Shown: in pieces, positions 27,951 through 39,020 of the stretch
How positions within the stretch are numbered: the stretch's first letter is position 1
How the letters are laid out: each line of letters starts with the position of its first letter
Source: an uncultured Chloroflexia bacterium
Lineage (GTDB): Bacteria > Chloroflexota > Limnocylindria > Limnocylindrales > CSP1-4
Assembly (NCBI GenBank): GCA_963715085.1
Contig: CAVQQU010000005.1
Coordinates: forward strand, 290,922-354,921
Direction of reading: 5' to 3'
DNA length: 64,000 nucleotides
Translations under genes and position numbers: made by a program
Notes under the pieces: generated by a model
Database searches by the model: none
What the model was told of the DNA's origin: nothing
Seen by the model: the letters and a program-made list of their open reading frames with translations, nothing else

Positions 27951-29401
27951 CGGTCGTCGACCGCGCCGACGTCCTGCCCGCCTCGGACCTCGGGGCCGCG
28001 CTCGACGCGCTGCCCGCCGCCGAAGAGGGCGTCCTGCGGACGGCGACCGTGTCGTGTCGACGACATCGACCCGATCGCGCTCTTCGCGGCCGCGCGCGAG
28101 CTCGACCTGGAGGCCGCGCTCTGGCTGCAGCCGTCCGAGGGCTCGGCGATCGTGGGGATCGGGCGTGCCTGGGCGGTCGAGCCGGACGGCCCCGGGCGAT
28201 TCGCCGTCGCCGACCGATCGTGGCGCGCGCTCCTCGCCGCGTCCGCGGGGCACCGTGGCAGATGCCGACGCTGTCCGGTCCGCCGCGCGGCGCCGGCCCC
28301 GTCCTGCTCGGTGGGCTCGGCTTCACCGGGCGCCGGCCGGCGGACGACGACGAGTGGGCGGCCTTCGGGCCGGCATCCCTGGTGCTGCCCGCGCTCGCGC
28401 TCGCACGGACGCCCGGCGGCGCGTTCGTCACGGCCGCCACGCTGGGCGGGGACGCGACGGCGGCCCGCGCCCACGCGCGACGCTGGGATGCCCTGGTCGC
28501 CCGGGCGCGCGACCTGGCGCCCGCCCCGGGCGCGCTGGCGGCCCGCCCGGCCGCCGCCCCCCTGGCCATCACCGCCGAGCAGCCCGACCGTGCTTCCTGG
28601 GACCGGCTCGTGGGTCTCTTCGCGGGAGCGGTCGGCCGAGGCCGGCTCGACAAGGTCGTCCTGGCCCGGCGAGTCGCGCTCCGCTCGCCGCTGGAGCTGG
28701 ACCCCGTCAACGCCCTGCGACGTCTCGGCGCGGCGGGCCCGGAGAGCACGATCTTCGCCTTCGTCCGCGACGACGTCACCTTCCTGGGGGTGACGCCGGA
28801 GCGCCTGGCCCGGACCGAGGGGCGCGCGTTCCGCACGGCGGCGGTCGCCGGGTCGGCGCCGCGCGGCGCGGACGCCACGGACGATGCCCGGCTGGCGGCC
28901 GGGCTCCTGGCCAGCGACAAGGAGCGCGAGGAGCACGCCGTGGTCGTGACCATGCTGCGCGACGCCCTGCGTCCCATCGTGGAGCGGCTCGACGTCGCGC
29001 CGGCCCCGGAGATCCTCGCCCTGCGCCACGTGCAGCACCTCGTCACGCCGATCGAGGGCATCCTCCGGGAGGAGACCGGGATCCTGGCCCTGGCCGAGCG
29101 GTTCCACCCGACGCCGGCGGTCGGCGGCGAGCCACGCGACGCCGCCCTGGCCCTCATCGCCGAGCACGAAGGCTTCGACCGTGGCTGGTACGCCGGGCCG
29201 GTCGGCTGGCTCGGAGCGGACGGCGACGGAGAGCTGATGGTGGCCCTCCGCTGCGGGCTTCTCGGCGGCCAGCGGGCGACGCTCTTCGCGGGTTGCGGGA
29301 TCGTGGCGGACTCCGATCCGGCACGAGAGTGGGAGGAATCGCGGATGAAGCTGCGCCCGGTCTCCTCGGCCCTGGGGCGCCTGGAGGAGGACGACCGGTG
29401 A
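27947..29401 (+). CDS. menF: Isochorismate synthase, two frame changes (~28063, ~28250)
   Basis: Chorismate-binding C-terminus DKEREEHAVVV...FHPTPAVGGEPRDAALALIAEHEGFDRGWYAGPVGW. Residues VDDIDPIALFAAARELDLEAALWLQPSEGSAIVGIGRAW lie in the frame of ORF 28152..28793. Confidence 0.85.
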   Translation: MTVVDRADVLPASDLGAALDALPAAEEGVLRTATVSCRRHRPDRALRGRARARPGGRALAAAVRGLGDRGDRACLGGRAGRPRAIRRRRPIVARAPRRVRGAPWQMPTLSGPPRGAGPVLLGGLGFTGRRPADDDEWAAFGPASLVLPALALARTPGGAFVTAATLGGDATAARAHARRWDALVARARDLAPAPGALAARPAAAPLAITAEQPDRASWDRLVGLFAGAVGRGRLDKVVLARRVALRSPLELDPVNALRRLGAAGPESTIFAFVRDDVTFLGVTPERLARTEGRAFRTAAVAGSAPRGADATDDARLAAGLLASDKEREEHAVVVTMLRDALRPIVERLDVAPAPEILALRHVQHLVTPIEGILREETGILALAERFHPTPAVGGEPRDAALALIAEHEGFDRGWYAGPVGWLGADGDGELMVALRCGLLGGQRATLFAGCGIVADSDPAREWEESRMKLRPVSSALGRLEEDDR

Positions 29402-31244
29402 CCGACCTCATCGCCCTTCGCGGTCTCGTCGACGCGCTCGTGGGCGGGGGGGTCCACGACGCCGTCGTCTGCCCCGGCTCACGCTCCACGCCGCTCGCCC
29501 TCGCCCTGCGCGCCCACCCGGGCATCACCGTCCGTGTGCTGCTCGACGAGCGAAGCGCGGGCTTCTTCGCCCTGGGCATGGCGAAGGCAGCGCGCCGGCC
29601 CGTGGCCGTCCTCACGACCTCGGGCACCGCCGCGGCCAATCTCCTGCCCGCGGTCGTCGAGGCGTCGCTCGGCCGGGTGCCCCTGATCCTCCTGACCGCG
29701 GACCGGCCGGCCGAGCTGCGCGACCGGGGGGCCGCCCAGGCCATCGACCAGGTGCACCTCTTCGGGACCCATGCGAAGTGGTTCGCCGAGCTGCCGCTCT
29801 TCGACGGTGAGGCCGTGACGGCGCGCCACGTCCGCTCGGTCGGAGCCAGGGCGGTGGCGACGGCGGTCGCCGGCCCGGCCGGGCCCGTCCACCTCAACGT
29901 CCCGTTCCGCGAGCCGCTGGTGCCCGACGGCCCGCTCGGGCCCCTCCCGTCGCGCGGCGGGGTGCCCGGCGGCGGACCCGCCGACGGCGAGGAGCCGACG
30001 TCGGCGGTCGCCGGTCTGCGCCTCCTCGTCGACGAGGACGTCGAGCGCCTGGCGCGGCGCCTGGCCGCCGTGGAGCGCGGCCTCATCTTGGCCGGTCCCC
30101 AGGACGACCCGGCGTTCCCCGCGGCCGTCGGCCGCCTCGCCGCCGCCCTCGACTGGCCGATCCTGGCCGATCCGCTCTCGCTCGTCCGCTGCGGCCCCCA
30201 CGACCGGGCCCGCGTCGTCGCCCGCGGCGACCAGCTCCTGCGACCGGGTCCGTGGCGCGCCGCCCACGTCCCGGGCCTGGTCCTGCGCTTCGGCGCCATG
30301 CCCACGTCGAAGCCGGTGCTGACGCTGCTCGAGGAGGAGCGCCCGGCCCAGGTGGTCGTGGACGGCGACGGGGGCTGGCGTGATCCGGCGATCCTGCCCA
30401 CGACCTTCGTGCATGCCGATGCCTCCGGCACCGCCCACGCCCTCGCCGATGCGCTCGGCGCCGGGGAGCGGCGCACGGGCGGCGGCCGCCTCCGCCCGAT
30501 ACCGCGCGCGCGGCCACGCGCTGGCTGGACGGCTGGCTGCGTCGCCGATCGTGCCGCCGACCGCGCCCTGCGCTGCTGGCTGGCCCGGACCACCGACGGC
30601 TGGGGAGCCATTCGAGGGCGCGCCCTTCGCCCACGTTGCCGACCTCCTGCCCGACGGCGGGATCGTGTGGGCGGGCAGCTCGATGCCGGTCCGCGACATG
30701 GACGCGTGGCTCCCGGCGGGCCCGAGGGCGATCCGGCCACTGGCGAGCCGCGGCGCGAACGGGATCGACGGCGTCGTCTCGGCCGCGCTCGGAGCCGCCT
30801 CCACCGGGGTTCCCACGGTCCTCGTCATCGGCGACGTCGCGCTCCTCCACGACCTCTCGGGCCTCGTCGCCGCGAGCCGCCTCGGCGTCGCCGCCACGAT
30901 CGTCGTCGTGAACAACGACGGCGGCGGGATCTTCTCGTTCCTCCCCCAGGCCACGGCTGCGCGTCCGGACGCCGGGCTCCCGGCGCCACTTCGAGGAGCT
31001 CTTCGGGACGCCCCACGGGATCGAGCTCGGGCCGCTCGTCGTCGCGCTCGGTGCGGAGCACCGCGCTGTCACGCCGGCCGAGCTGCGGCCCGCCCTCGAG
31101 GCGTCGGTCGGCGCGCCGGGGCTGCAGGTCATCGAGGTGCGCACGGACCGGGCTCGCAACGTGGCCCTCCACCGCGAGGCGGCGGCGGCGGTCGCCGCGG
31201 CGCTCGACGAGCTCCTCGCCGCCGAGCCGGAGGAGGGTCGGTGA
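29398..31244 (+). CDS. menD: SEPHCHC synthase (2-succinyl-5-enolpyruvyl-6-hydroxy-3-cyclohexene-1-carboxylate synthase), at least 4 frame changes between ~30480 and ~30975
   Basis: VCPGSRSTPLALAL...DERSAGFFALGMAKA...LTADRPAELR is in the 27874 frame. SSMPVRDMD...ANGIDG...VVNNDGGGIFSFLP is in the 30380 frame. The tail HFEELFGTPHG...LQVIEVRTDR is in a third frame, ending at TGA 31242-31244. Confidence 0.85.
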
Positions 31245-32051
31245 GCGAGCGGCTGCGGATGCAGGTCGGCGGCATGACCTGGATCGGTGCGCGTCGCCGG
31301 CCGCGGCCGACCGGTCCTGTTCCTGCACGGCTTCACGGGGAGCAGCCTCTCGTGGACCGGCCTCGCCGGGCTCGGCGGCCGCGCCCGGGCCATCATCCCG
31401 GACCTGCCCGGCCATGGCGGCACGGGCTGGGAGCACGCCTCGGTCGAGCGCACGGCGGACGACCTGGCAACGATCGTGCGGAGCCTCGGCGCCCCGCGGG
31501 TGGACGTGGTCGGCTACTCGATGGGTGCCCGGATCGCGCTGCGCCTGGTCGTCGCCCACCCCGAGACCGTCGGCCGGCTCGTCCTGGAGTCGCCCTCGGC
31601 GGGGATCGCCGACCCGGGCGCCCGCGCCGCACGCGCGGCCGCGGATGCCGAGCGGGCGGCGTCGTCGTCACCGAGGGGATCGAGGCCTTCGCCGCGCGCT
31701 GGGAGGCCGAGCCGGTGCTCGCGGGCGAGGCCGCGCTGCCGCCCGGGACCCGTGCGCGCCAGGCCGCGATTCGGCGCTCGCACGCACCGCTCGGCCTCGC
31801 CGCCTCTCTCATGTACGCGGGGCAGGGCGCGATGGAGCCGCTCCACGACCGGCTGGCCGCGATCGTCGCGCCCACCCTCGTCATCGCCGGCGCCGAGGAC
31901 CCGGTCCTGGCTCGCGCGGAGGAGGTCGCGGCCGCGATCCCCGGCGCGCGCCTCGCCCTCGTGGCAGGAGCCGGCCACGCCCCGCATCTCGAACGTCCCG
32001 GACCGCTTCCACGCCCTCGTCCTCGACTTCCTGACGGAGACCACCGCATGA
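31241..32051 (+). CDS. menH: SHCHC synthase (alpha/beta hydrolase), about 3 frame changes
   Basis: PVLFLHGFTGSS and the nucleophile elbow VGYSMGARIAL are in ORF 31287..32051. The middle part IEAFAARWEAEPV...APTLVIAGAEDPV...AGHAPHLE is in the 30380 frame. GTGA overlap with menD and ATGA overlap with menB. Confidence 0.75.
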
Positions 32052-32894
32052 CCACGCCGACCGCGCCCGCGTCCCGTCGCCTGGACCCCGGTCCGGGACT
32101 ACGGTGACATCCGCTACGAGCACTCCGGCACCGGGATCGCGAAGGTGACGATCAACCGCCCCGAGGTCCGCAACGCGTTCCGCCCCCAGACCGTGGCCGA
32201 GCTGATCGACGCCTTCGCCCGCATCCGCGACGACGCGACGATCGGCTGCGTCCTCCTCACCGGGGAGGGCGACGCCGCGTTCTGCTCCGGCGGCGACCAG
32301 CGCTACAAGAGCCACGCCGGAGGCTACGTCGGCGACGACGGGATCGCCCGCCTCAACGTCCTGGACCTCCAGCGCCAGATCCGCTCGCTGCCGGTCCCGG
32401 TCATCGCCCTCGTCAACGGCTACGCGATCGGCGGCGGGCATGTCCTGCACATCGTCTGCGACCTCTCGATCGCGAGCGAGAATGCTGTCTTCGGCCAGGT
32501 GGGTCCCAGGGTGGGCTCCTTCGATGCCGGCTTCGGCGTCGGCCTGCTGGCCCGCCTCGTCGGCGACAAGAAGGCCAAGGAGATCTGGTTCCTCTGCCGC
32601 CAGTACGGCGCCGACGAGGCGCTGGCCATGGGCCTCGTGAACACGGTCGTGCCGCTGGCCGACCTCGAGGCCGAGGGCATCGCGTGGGCCGAGGAGATCC
32701 TGGCCATGAGCCCGACGGCGATCCGCTTCCTCAAGTCGGCCTTCCTCGTGGCGACGGACGGCCTGGCCGGGCTCCAGGAGTTCGCCGGCAACACGACAGG
32801 CCTCTACTACACGACCGACGAGGCGCACGAGGGGTCGCGCGCCTTCCTCGAGAAGCGGTCGCCAGACTTCACGAAGTTCCCGCGCCGCCCGTGA
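32048..32894 (+). CDS. menB: 1,4-dihydroxy-2-naphthoyl-CoA synthase, frame change ~32080
   Basis: Crotonase fold with the MenB-specific stretch [14 protein letters not shown]...[10 protein letters not shown]...[18 protein letters not shown]...SPDFTKF. The first 11 codons ([11 protein letters not shown]) are in another frame. Confidence 0.9.
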
Positions 32895-32900
32895 GCGACC

Positions 32901-33887
32901 GTGACCGACGTCGCCGCGCCGGCGGCTCCGCGCGGCGCGTGCCGCGCTCCGCACGTGGCTCCTCGCGGTCCGCCCGACCACGCTCCCCGCCGCCGCGTCG
33001 GGCGTCGTCGTGGGGCTCGGCGCGGCGCTCGCGGTCGGGACGCCGTTCCGGGCGACACGGCCCTCGGATGCCTGGCCGTGGCGCTCCTGCTCCAGGTCCT
33101 CGCCAATCTCGCCAACGACCTCTCCGACATCGGCGAGGGCGCCGACACTCCCGACCGGGCCGGCCCGCTCCGGGTCGCCGCCGCCGGCCTCGTGACCGAG
33201 CGCCAGCTCGAGCTCGCGATCGCCGTCGTCGTCGGGCTCGCCGGGACTCGTCGGCCTGTGGCTCGTCCTCGTCGGCGGCGCGGTGCTCCTCGTCCTCGGC
33301 GACGCTCGCGATCGTGGCCGCGCTCGCCTACACCGGCGGTCCGTTCCCGTACGGCTACCGGGCCCTCGGCGAGGTCTTCGTCTTCGTCTTCTTCGGGCTC
33401 GTCGCGGTCGTCGGCACGGCGTACCTGCAGGCGCTGACCCTGCGAGCCGCTCTTCGTCGCGGCCGCGATCCCTCCCGGCGCGCTCATCACGGCGATCCTC
33501 GTCGTCAACAACCTCCGCGACATCCCGACCGACACGGCCGCCGGCAAGCGGACGCTGGCGGTCGTCCTGGGCCGCCGGTGGACGGCTGTGGAGTACACGG
33601 TGCTCCTCGCGATCGCTTACGCCGTGCCGGTGGTCCTGGCCGGCGCGTGGATCGCGACGGGCGGGACGCCGGGCGGCGGACCCCTGCCGCTCGTGTTCCT
33701 CGTCCTCCTGCCTCTCCTCACTGTTCGGGCGGCGCGGTCGCTCCTCCGGCAGGTTCGCACCTTCGCGGAGCCGCGCGAGCTGAACCGGGCGTTGAAGGGC
33801 ACGGCGCGCCTGTCGCTCTGGCACGCGCTCCTGTTCGCGGCCGGGCTCGCCGCGAACGGGATCCCCCTCGGCGGCGCCGCGACATGA
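32901..33887 (+). CDS. menA: 1,4-dihydroxy-2-naphthoate polyprenyltransferase (UbiA family), at least 5 frame changes; start approximate
   Basis: [24 protein letters not shown] (NDxxD), [45 protein letters not shown] and the tail in ORF 33588..33887. The fragments are scattered over three frames. Confidence 0.75.
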
Positions 33888-35029
33888 GCGCGCCGAGGCA
33901 CCCCGTCCGCCCCGGAGACGCCGACATGCTCCGGACGCTGCTGGAGGCCGTCCCGGTGCGGGGTCTCTCGGCGCTTCGCGTGCGGGTCCCGTTCCGCCGG
34001 CCCTTCGCCACCGCGACCGGGATGTGGCTCCACCGCGAGGCCTGGATCGTGCTCGTCGAGGAGGATGACGGCCGGATCGGCCTCGGCGAGGCCGTCCTGG
34101 AGCCAGACGCGACCGAGGTCGAGGAGACGATCCTGGCCCGGGTGATCCGCGAGACGGCGGGTCGAGCCCGTGAGGGCGACCTGCCCGACGCGGAGGAGCT
34201 CGAGCTGCTGGGCGGACCCGGTCGCGCGTTCCGGGCCGCGCTGGACGCGGCCCGGCTCGACCTGGCGATCGCCGCCGACGGCGTCGCGGTGCCGGTCAAT
34301 GGGACCATCGGCTTCGCCGCCCCGCGCGAGGGCGCCGAGGCGGCCCTGCAGGCGATCGAGGCCGGCTTCACGACGCTCAAGCTCAAGGCCGGCGCCGAGC
34401 GCGAGACCGAGGACCTCGTGGCCCGGGTCCGGGCGATCCGCCAGGCCGTGGGGCCGGAGGTGCGCCTCCGCCTCGACGTCAACGGCGCCTGGGACCTCCC
34501 GACGGCCCAGGACCGCCTCGAGGCGGTCGAGCGCTTCGACATCCAGTACGTGGAGCAACCGTTGCCCGCCGACGACACGGAAGGAGCCGCCGAGCTCCGT
34601 CGCCGGGTCGGGGTGCCGATTGCCGCGGACGAGGCGGTCTACGCGGCGAGCGCCGCCCGCCGGCTCCTCGCCGAGGGCGCCGCGGACGTGCTGGTCGTCA
34701 AGCCGGTGCGCGTCGGGGGGCCGGTTGCGGTCGCCGAGATCGCGGTCGCGGCGCGGGCGTCCGGTGTCCCGGTCGTCCTCTCGACGCTCTTCGAGACGGG
34801 CATCGGGATCGCGGCGGCGCGCGCGCTGCGCCGGCGGGCTGCCGGGCGATCTCGCCCACGGGCTCGCCACGGCCGGCCTGCTCGAGCACGACCTGCTGGT
34901 CGCCCCGCTGGAGGTCGACGCGGGCTGATGACGGCGCCGGGCGGGCCGGGAGCCGGCGGCCTGGGGATCCAGGTCGACGACCGGGCGCTGCGGCGGTTCG
35001 GCGTCGAGGCGGTGGAGGCGGCCGAGTGA
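33884..35029 (+). CDS. menC: o-Succinylbenzoate synthase (enolase superfamily), two frame changes ~34830-34920
   Basis: [33 protein letters not shown] and VLVVKP lie in the 32684 frame. The short stretch [29 protein letters not shown] is in ORF 34170..34928. ATGA overlap with menA. Confidence 0.8.
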   Translation: MSAPRHPVRPGDADMLRTLLEAVPVRGLSALRVRVPFRRPFATATGMWLHREAWIVLVEEDDGRIGLGEAVLEPDATEVEETILARVIRETAGRAREGDLPDAEELELLGGPGRAFRAALDAARLDLAIAADGVAVPVNGTIGFAAPREGAEAALQAIEAGFTTLKLKAGAERETEDLVARVRAIRQAVGPEVRLRLDVNGAWDLPTAQDRLEAVERFDIQYVEQPLPADDTEGAAELRRRVGVPIAADEAVYAASAARRLLAEGAADVLVVKPVRVGGPVAVAEIAVAARASGVPVVLSTLFETGIGIAAARALRRRAAGRSRPRARHGRPARARPAGRPAGGRRGLMTAPGGPGAGGLGIQVDDRALRRFGVEAVEAAE

Positions 35030-36590
35030 GCGAGGCTCCGGAGCCTGCCGCTCGCGATCCGCGGGCACGCGATGGCGCGCCCGCAGGCCCTCGCGGTCCG
35101 GGACGCGGCAGGTGACCTCACCTTCGTCGAGCTCGACCGGGCGGCCGACAGGGTCGTGGAGGCGCTGGGGGAGCGCGGCGTCGCCCGCGGCGACCGGGTC
35201 GCGCTGCTCGCCGTCCCGTCCCGCGAGTCCGTCGCGCTCCTCGCCGGGATCGCCCGCGCGGGAGCGGTGGCCATCCCGCTGGGAACGCGACTGACGCGGC
35301 ACGAGGTCGCCGGGGCGCTGGCGGAGGCGACGCCCGCGCTGCTGCTCCACGACGCGGACCTGGCGCCGGTCGCGATCGGCCACGGTGTGCCGGCGATCGA
35401 CATCGCCACCGTCCTCGCGGGAGCACCGCGCGCGCCGGGTGCCCGTGCGCCCGCGATTCCGCCGCGGGGCGGCGCCGCCGACCCCGACCGGCGGCCCGGA
35501 CCCGACGCTCGATCCGCCGACCGCCCCGACCCCGACGCGCCTGCCGTCGCGGTGTTCACCTCGGGAACGGCCGGTCGCCCGCGGGCGGCGCTGCTCTCGC
35601 ATCGTGCCCTCGCGGCGAGCGCCGCGGCCTGGACGGCGGCCCTCCCGCCGGCGACGGGCTGGCTCCTCTGCCTCGGCCTTGGCCACGTCGCCGGGCTGGG
35701 CGTCGTCTGGCGCGCCCTCGGCGGCGGGCTGCCCCTCCACGTGGTCGCCGGCTTCGAGCCCGACGCGGTCCTCGCCCTCCTCGGCGGCCCCGGGGCACCG
35801 AGCCACGTCTCGCTCGTGCCCGTCCAGCTCGCCCGCCTGCTGGAGGCCGCGGGCGCAGCGCCGGGAGACGCGCGCCTCGGCAGGCAGCCGCCGCGTCCCC
35901 GCCGCCGCACCGGCCTCCCTGCGTGCCGTCCTCCTGGGCGGGGCCCCGATCCCGCCCGACCTCGTGCGCCGGGCGACCGCGGCCGGCTGGCCGGTGATCG
36001 CCACCTACGGCCTGACGGAGGCCGGATCGGGCGTGACGGCGTTGCCCACCGGCGAGGCCACCACCAGCCCTGGCTGCGCCGGACGGCCGCTTCCCGGGGT
36101 CATGGTCCGGATCACCGGGCCGGGCCCGGACGGGGTGGGGGAGATCGAGGTGCGCACGCCCGCAGCCTTCTCCGGGTACCTGGGCCGGCTCGAGGCCACG
36201 CGCGCCGCCTTCACCGCCGACGGCTGGCTGCGAACGGGCGATCTCGGCCACCTCGATGCGGATCGCCCGCCTGTGTCGTGGCCGACCGTCGCGACGACCT
36301 GGTCATCTCGGGCGGCGAGAACGTCTACCCGGCGGAGGTCGAGGCGGCTGCTCGCGTCCCACCCGGCCATCGACGATGTCGGCGTCGCCGGCCGCGCCGA
36401 CCCCACCTGGGGCGCCGTGCCGGTGGCCGGGATCGTTCTCCGGCCGGGCGTCCCGGACCCGGACGACGCCGCGCTGCGCGCCTGGTGCCGGGAGCGGCTG
36501 GCCCCGGCCAAGGTGCCCGCGTCGTTCCTTCGCCTCGCCGCGCTCCCGAGGACCGGCACCGGCAAGCTGAGGCGGCGGGAGCTCCGCGAG
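35026..36590 (+). CDS. menE: o-Succinylbenzoate-CoA ligase, at least 4 frame changes; 3' end not resolved
   Basis: AMP-binding motifs [44 protein letters not shown] and [13 protein letters not shown] alternate between the frames of ORFs 35072..37804 and 35385..38198. No in-frame stop is seen before the next gene. Confidence 0.75.
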
Positions 36591-37374
36591 ATCGCTCACC
36601 CCGCTCGTCGTCCTCCTGCACGCCACCCTCTCCACGGGCCGCCAGCTGGCGCCGCTGGCCCGCGCCCTCGGCGCACCGGGCGACCTGCGCCTCGTCGCTC
36701 CCGATCGGCTGGGGAGCGGGACGCGCCGCCTCGATCCGCCGCGCGAGGTCGACGTCGCGGAGCACGTGGCGGACCTCGGCGCGCTCCTCGACGCGGAGGG
36801 CGTCGAGCGCGCCATCATCGTGGGCCACAGCTTCGGCGGCCTCGTCGCCCTCGAAGCCGCGGCACGCCTCCCGGACCGGGTGGCGGCCGTCGTTGCCTAC
36901 GAGCCGCCCTACGCCCCGCTTGCCGACCCCGCCGTCCAGCCCTACTTCGCCATCGTCGGCCCGCGAGACCCGGGACGCTCTGGAGCGCGACGGCAGGGCG
37001 GGCGCCGCGCGCGCGTTCCTCGAGCGCGTCGCCGGGCCCGGGACGTGGGACGCCCTGCCCGAGCGGGCGCGGGCATTCCTTGCCGCCGAGGGCGGGGGAG
37101 CGGTCGCGGACGCCGCGATGGCCGGGCTCGACCCGGACGGGCTCGCACGCATCGGCTGCCCGGTCACGATCCTCACCGGCTCGGCGTCGGAGCCCTTCTA
37201 CGCGCCGATCGCCGACCGGCTCGCCACCCGGATCACCGGCGCTCGCCGGGTCGACGCTGCCCGGCCTGCGGCCACACGGCCCCGATCACCGAGGCCCCGC
37301 GCATCGCGCATGCGGTCCGCGCCGCCCTCGCCCGACCCGCTGCCGCAGCCCCGATCGAGGAGGCCGCTCCATGA
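36590..37374 (+). CDS. Second alpha/beta-fold hydrolase inside the men operon, about 2 frame changes; start not resolved
   Basis: PLVVLLHATLSTGRQLAPLA..., the nucleophile elbow IVGHSFGGLVALEAA (ORF 36766..37374 frame) and CPVTILTGSASEPF (35072 frame). ATGA overlap with menG. Confidence 0.65.
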
Positions 37375-38198
37375 CGACCCGCGCCGCGACCCCGACCGCT
37401 GGCGGCCCCTCGGGCCCCGCGACACCCGCGGGCCCCGCCGCCGCCACCAGACCCGTCGGCGCCACGACACCCTCGGGCCTCGCGACCGAGCGCGGCAACG
37501 CGGCGGCCCCTTCCGAGGTCGGCGCGATGTTCGACCAGATCAGCGGCGTCTACGACCCGATGAACCTCGTCATCAGCGCCTTCCAGGAGCCGCGCTGGCG
37601 GCGACGGGCCGTGGCCCTCGCGGGCCTGAAGCCCGGCGGGCGAGCGATCGACATCGCGTCGGGCACCGGGAAGGTTGCCGCCGACCTCCACGCGAGCGCG
37701 GCGCCGGGTGGCGAGGTCCTGGGCGTCGACATCAGCCCGGGCATGATCGGGATCGCCCGGCAGCGGTTCGCGGGCCGGCCCGGGCTGGCGTACGTCGTGG
37801 GTGACGCGATGGCGCTGCCGGCCGACGACGATCGCTTCGACGCGGCGACGATCGCCTTCGGCATGCGCAACCTGCCCGACTACACGCGAGGCTTCTCGGA
37901 GATGGCGCGCGTCGTGCGGCCCGGAGGCAAGGTCGTCTGCCTGGAGATCGCCCGCCCGCGGAGCCGGCTGGCCCGGATCATGCGCTGGTGGTTCGACCGG
38001 ATCGTGCCCCTCATCGGGAAGGTTGCCGGCCAGGGGGGCGCCTATGCCTACCTCGTGCGCAGCGTCCAGAGCTACCCGGCCCCGGAGCGGATCGCCGAGG
38101 TCATGCGCGAGGCCGGCCTGGTCGGCGTCCGCTGGATCGGCATGTCCGGCGGGATCGTCACGATCCACGTCGGCACGGTGCCGCCTCGGCAGGGTTGA
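37371..38198 (+). CDS. menG: Demethylmenaquinone methyltransferase (UbiE/MenG)
   Basis: MFDQISGVYDPMNLVISAFQEPRWRR, SAM motif IDIASGTGKVA, FGMRNLPD and a conserved tail. Intact, with a Pro/Ala/Thr-rich N-terminal extension. Confidence 0.9.
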   Translation: MTTRAATPTAGGPSGPATPAGPAAATRPVGATTPSGLATERGNAAAPSEVGAMFDQISGVYDPMNLVISAFQEPRWRRRAVALAGLKPGGRAIDIASGTGKVAADLHASAAPGGEVLGVDISPGMIGIARQRFAGRPGLAYVVGDAMALPADDDRFDAATIAFGMRNLPDYTRGFSEMARVVRPGGKVVCLEIARPRSRLARIMRWWFDRIVPLIGKVAGQGGAYAYLVRSVQSYPAPERIAEVMREAGLVGVRWIGMSGGIVTIHVGTVPPRQG

Positions 38199-38204
38199 GC
38201 GCGG

Positions 38205-39020
38205 TCAACCCTTGCGGCGGTAGCTCCAGATCGCGAGCGGGGCGAAGACGGCGACGAGACCCACGATCCAGGCGCCCGCCAGGAGGATGGTGTCCGTCTG
38301 CGGCTGGCCCACGATCAGGCCGCGCGCGGCGTTGACCACGACCGTCACCGGGTTCGCCTCGGCGATCGGCTGGAGCCACTCCGGCATCGTCGCGACCGGC
38401 ACGAACGCCGAGCTCAGGAACGTGAGCGGGAAGACGGGGATGAAGATCGCCCCCTGGGCGGCCTGGGCGGACTTCGCCCGCAGGCCGATGTTGGCGGACA
38501 GCCAGCTGATGGAGTAGCCGAACAGGGTGATCAGGACGAGCGCCAGGATGAACTCCGGCACGCTGCCCGTGAAGCGGAAGCCGATGGCGAATCCCACGAC
38601 CGTCATGATCGCGACGGTGTAGGCGTTGCGCAGCAGGTCGGCGAAGGTCTTGCCGATCAGGACCGCCGACGGTGCCATCGGCAGCGACCGGAAGCGGTCG
38701 ATGATTCCCTTCTGGAGGTCCTCCGCCAGCCCGACGGCCGTGCTCGTGCCCCCGAACACCACGGTCTGGACGAAGATCCCGGGCATGAGGAACGTGATGT
38801 AGCTGACGCCGGGCGTCTCGATCGCCCCGCCGAAGACGACCGCGAAGAGCAGCACGAACATGATCGGCGTGATCGTGTCGACCACGAGAAGCTGGGGGTT
38901 CCGGACGACGGCCAGCATGTTGCGCCAGGCGATCGTGATCGAGTCGGTGACGATCCAGGTCGGCGAGCGGCGGACGCGGTCGGCGGGCTGCCGGACGGCT
39001 GCGGTGGTCGCGGCACTCAT
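38205..39020 (-). CDS. ABC-2 type transporter permease (DrrB-like exporter)
   Basis: 271 aa with 6 TM segments, WRNMLAVVRNPQLLV at the N-terminus and typical ABC-2 membrane-domain features. Overlaps the upstream ATPase stop. Intact. Confidence 0.8.
   Translation of the reverse strand: MSAATTAAVRQPADRVRRSPTWIVTDSITIAWRNMLAVVRNPQLLVVDTITPIMFVLLFAVVFGGAIETPGVSYITFLMPGIFVQTVVFGGTSTAVGLAEDLQKGIIDRFRSLPMAPSAVLIGKTFADLLRNAYTVAIMTVVGFAIGFRFTGSVPEFILALVLITLFGYSISWLSANIGLRAKSAQAAQGAIFIPVFPLTFLSSAFVPVATMPEWLQPIAEANPVTVVVNAARGLIVGQPQTDTILLAGAWIVGLVAVFAPLAIWSYRRKG

Noticed and set aside
27874-32034. The 1386-aa ORF, and other very long ORFs (6520..8952+, 9705..12071-, 53022..55166-, 55251..57371-, 57571..60246+, 33617..36004-), as real giant or antisense genes
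   Set aside because: These are typical stop-poor shadow frames of a >70% GC genome. They have Arg/Pro/Gly/Ala-rich low-complexity translations and overlap well-supported genes on the same or the opposite strand. Only the menD portion of 27874..32034 is real.
35026-37374. A natural MenE-hydrolase fusion protein
   Set aside because: The absence of a stop coincides with a region full of frame changes. The hydrolase segment is in a different frame from the menE C-terminus, so a fusion cannot be claimed from this sequence.
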